Shown here one piece after another: positions 63,012 to 64,000 of a stretch of DNA of 64,000 nucleotides. Each line of letters opens with the position of its first letter. Position 1 is the first letter of the stretch. Source of the stretch: Phoronis australis (lineage: Eukaryota; Animalia; Phoronida); NCBI GenBank assembly GCA_002633005.1, contig NMRA01000069.1, positions 220,203 to 284,202 on the forward strand, in the 5' to 3' direction. The position numbers were made by a program, and so were the translations under genes. The notes under the pieces were generated by a model. That model was not told where the DNA came from and ran no database searches. It saw only the letters and a list, made by a program, of their open reading frames with translations.

Positions 63012-64000
63012 CCTTGCCATGAGCTAAAATATATCAGGGTAGCATGTAAGGCACATCTGTTTCTAAATTCTTTTGCCAAAGTTCATGTCAACCATGTGAA
63101 TGCTCCATTTACTGAACTAGAAAATCTGTAGGCATAAAGCAAGTGATTTATAAGCTAGATGGCCATCATTTGTTGACAGCTAATTTTGCTACTACGCTAT
63201 GCCATCACTACACAAAAGCCTCTAATAGCACTGGGCAATTAGATTAAGGTCTTGGTGACCTGCCAAACAAGTACTGAAGAAGTGTCACGCTTGTGATCGT
63301 GATTTTTAGTGCCGCACAGTTTCGGATACCAAAACCTCATCTACGAAGCAGCTTACCTTATTTGCACTGAGTGCACCCAGAGGGGGCTGGGGGTGGGGCT
63401 TTCTTTTATTCAAGAAATGTTACACTGTTGTTTATAACTGTCAGTTAGTTCTTGTTTCTCTTAAAAATAGTCATTTGTTCATTACTGGTGTTATTATACC
63501 AATAAATGTTGTAATATTTAGCAGTGCCTGAAGGTGCTTTTGAACGGATACCTTAAACTCTTAGAATTACGTCATTAAAAATGACACCTAGATGTCAGAA
63601 AAGGAGTTAGTGATTAGGGCAAACAAATAGCCCCATCCCTTGTCATGTTTTGCACAATTTTTGTTAATTTATTTAGAAAGACGAAGACATCATGTTTGGT
63701 ATATTTTCAACTGAATCTGACCTCTGGGAGATGGTTGTGGACTGTGGAGCCAGTTAAGAATTTGGGGCGCTGTCTTCGGAACTACCTCTTGTCAGATTTT
63801 GGTCAGATTTTGCACAATAATTGACTTGTAGAGGAAGACGTGTACCATGAGTTGATTCTGCTCTCTGGTATTTGGGATGGATAATTCTGTTGTTTGAGAG
63901 GGAGTAATTCTGTATTTTGAGGTCCAATGTATTCCCATTAGTATGTTTTGACAAGGAAGGCACATTGAACGCCCTGCTCAAGTCTTCTGAAAACTCTACG

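Overview
AT-rich eukaryotic (most likely marine invertebrate) genomic DNA with two divergently transcribed, intron-containing genes. (1) On the minus strand, a Cys-loop nicotinic acetylcholine receptor alpha-type subunit gene spans about 54.8 kb down to 3.9 kb. Its reconstructed exon chain is: signal peptide (54784-54724), three complete kringle exons (each phase 1-1), a Ser/Thr-rich stalk exon that runs directly into the receptor's N-terminal helix (DEHRLYDHLM), then ligand-binding-domain exons (Cys-loop [15 protein letters not shown], loop C YPCC), and M1-M4. A 3x kringle-nAChR fusion is the most unusual thing here; I know of no characterised example, but could not run a search. About 45 codons of the ligand-binding domain (RPV...DEKNQ...W segment) could not be found and may lie in an assembly gap (single Ns at 14119 and 16544). 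(2) On the plus strand, the first coding exon of an ABHD17-type depalmitoylase (61237-61883). The large introns contain a degenerate Academ-like DNA transposon, several MITE/foldback elements, tRNA-derived repeats and microsatellites. Most short ORFs in the track look spurious. All gene models were read by eye from splice signals and frames, without transcript evidence.
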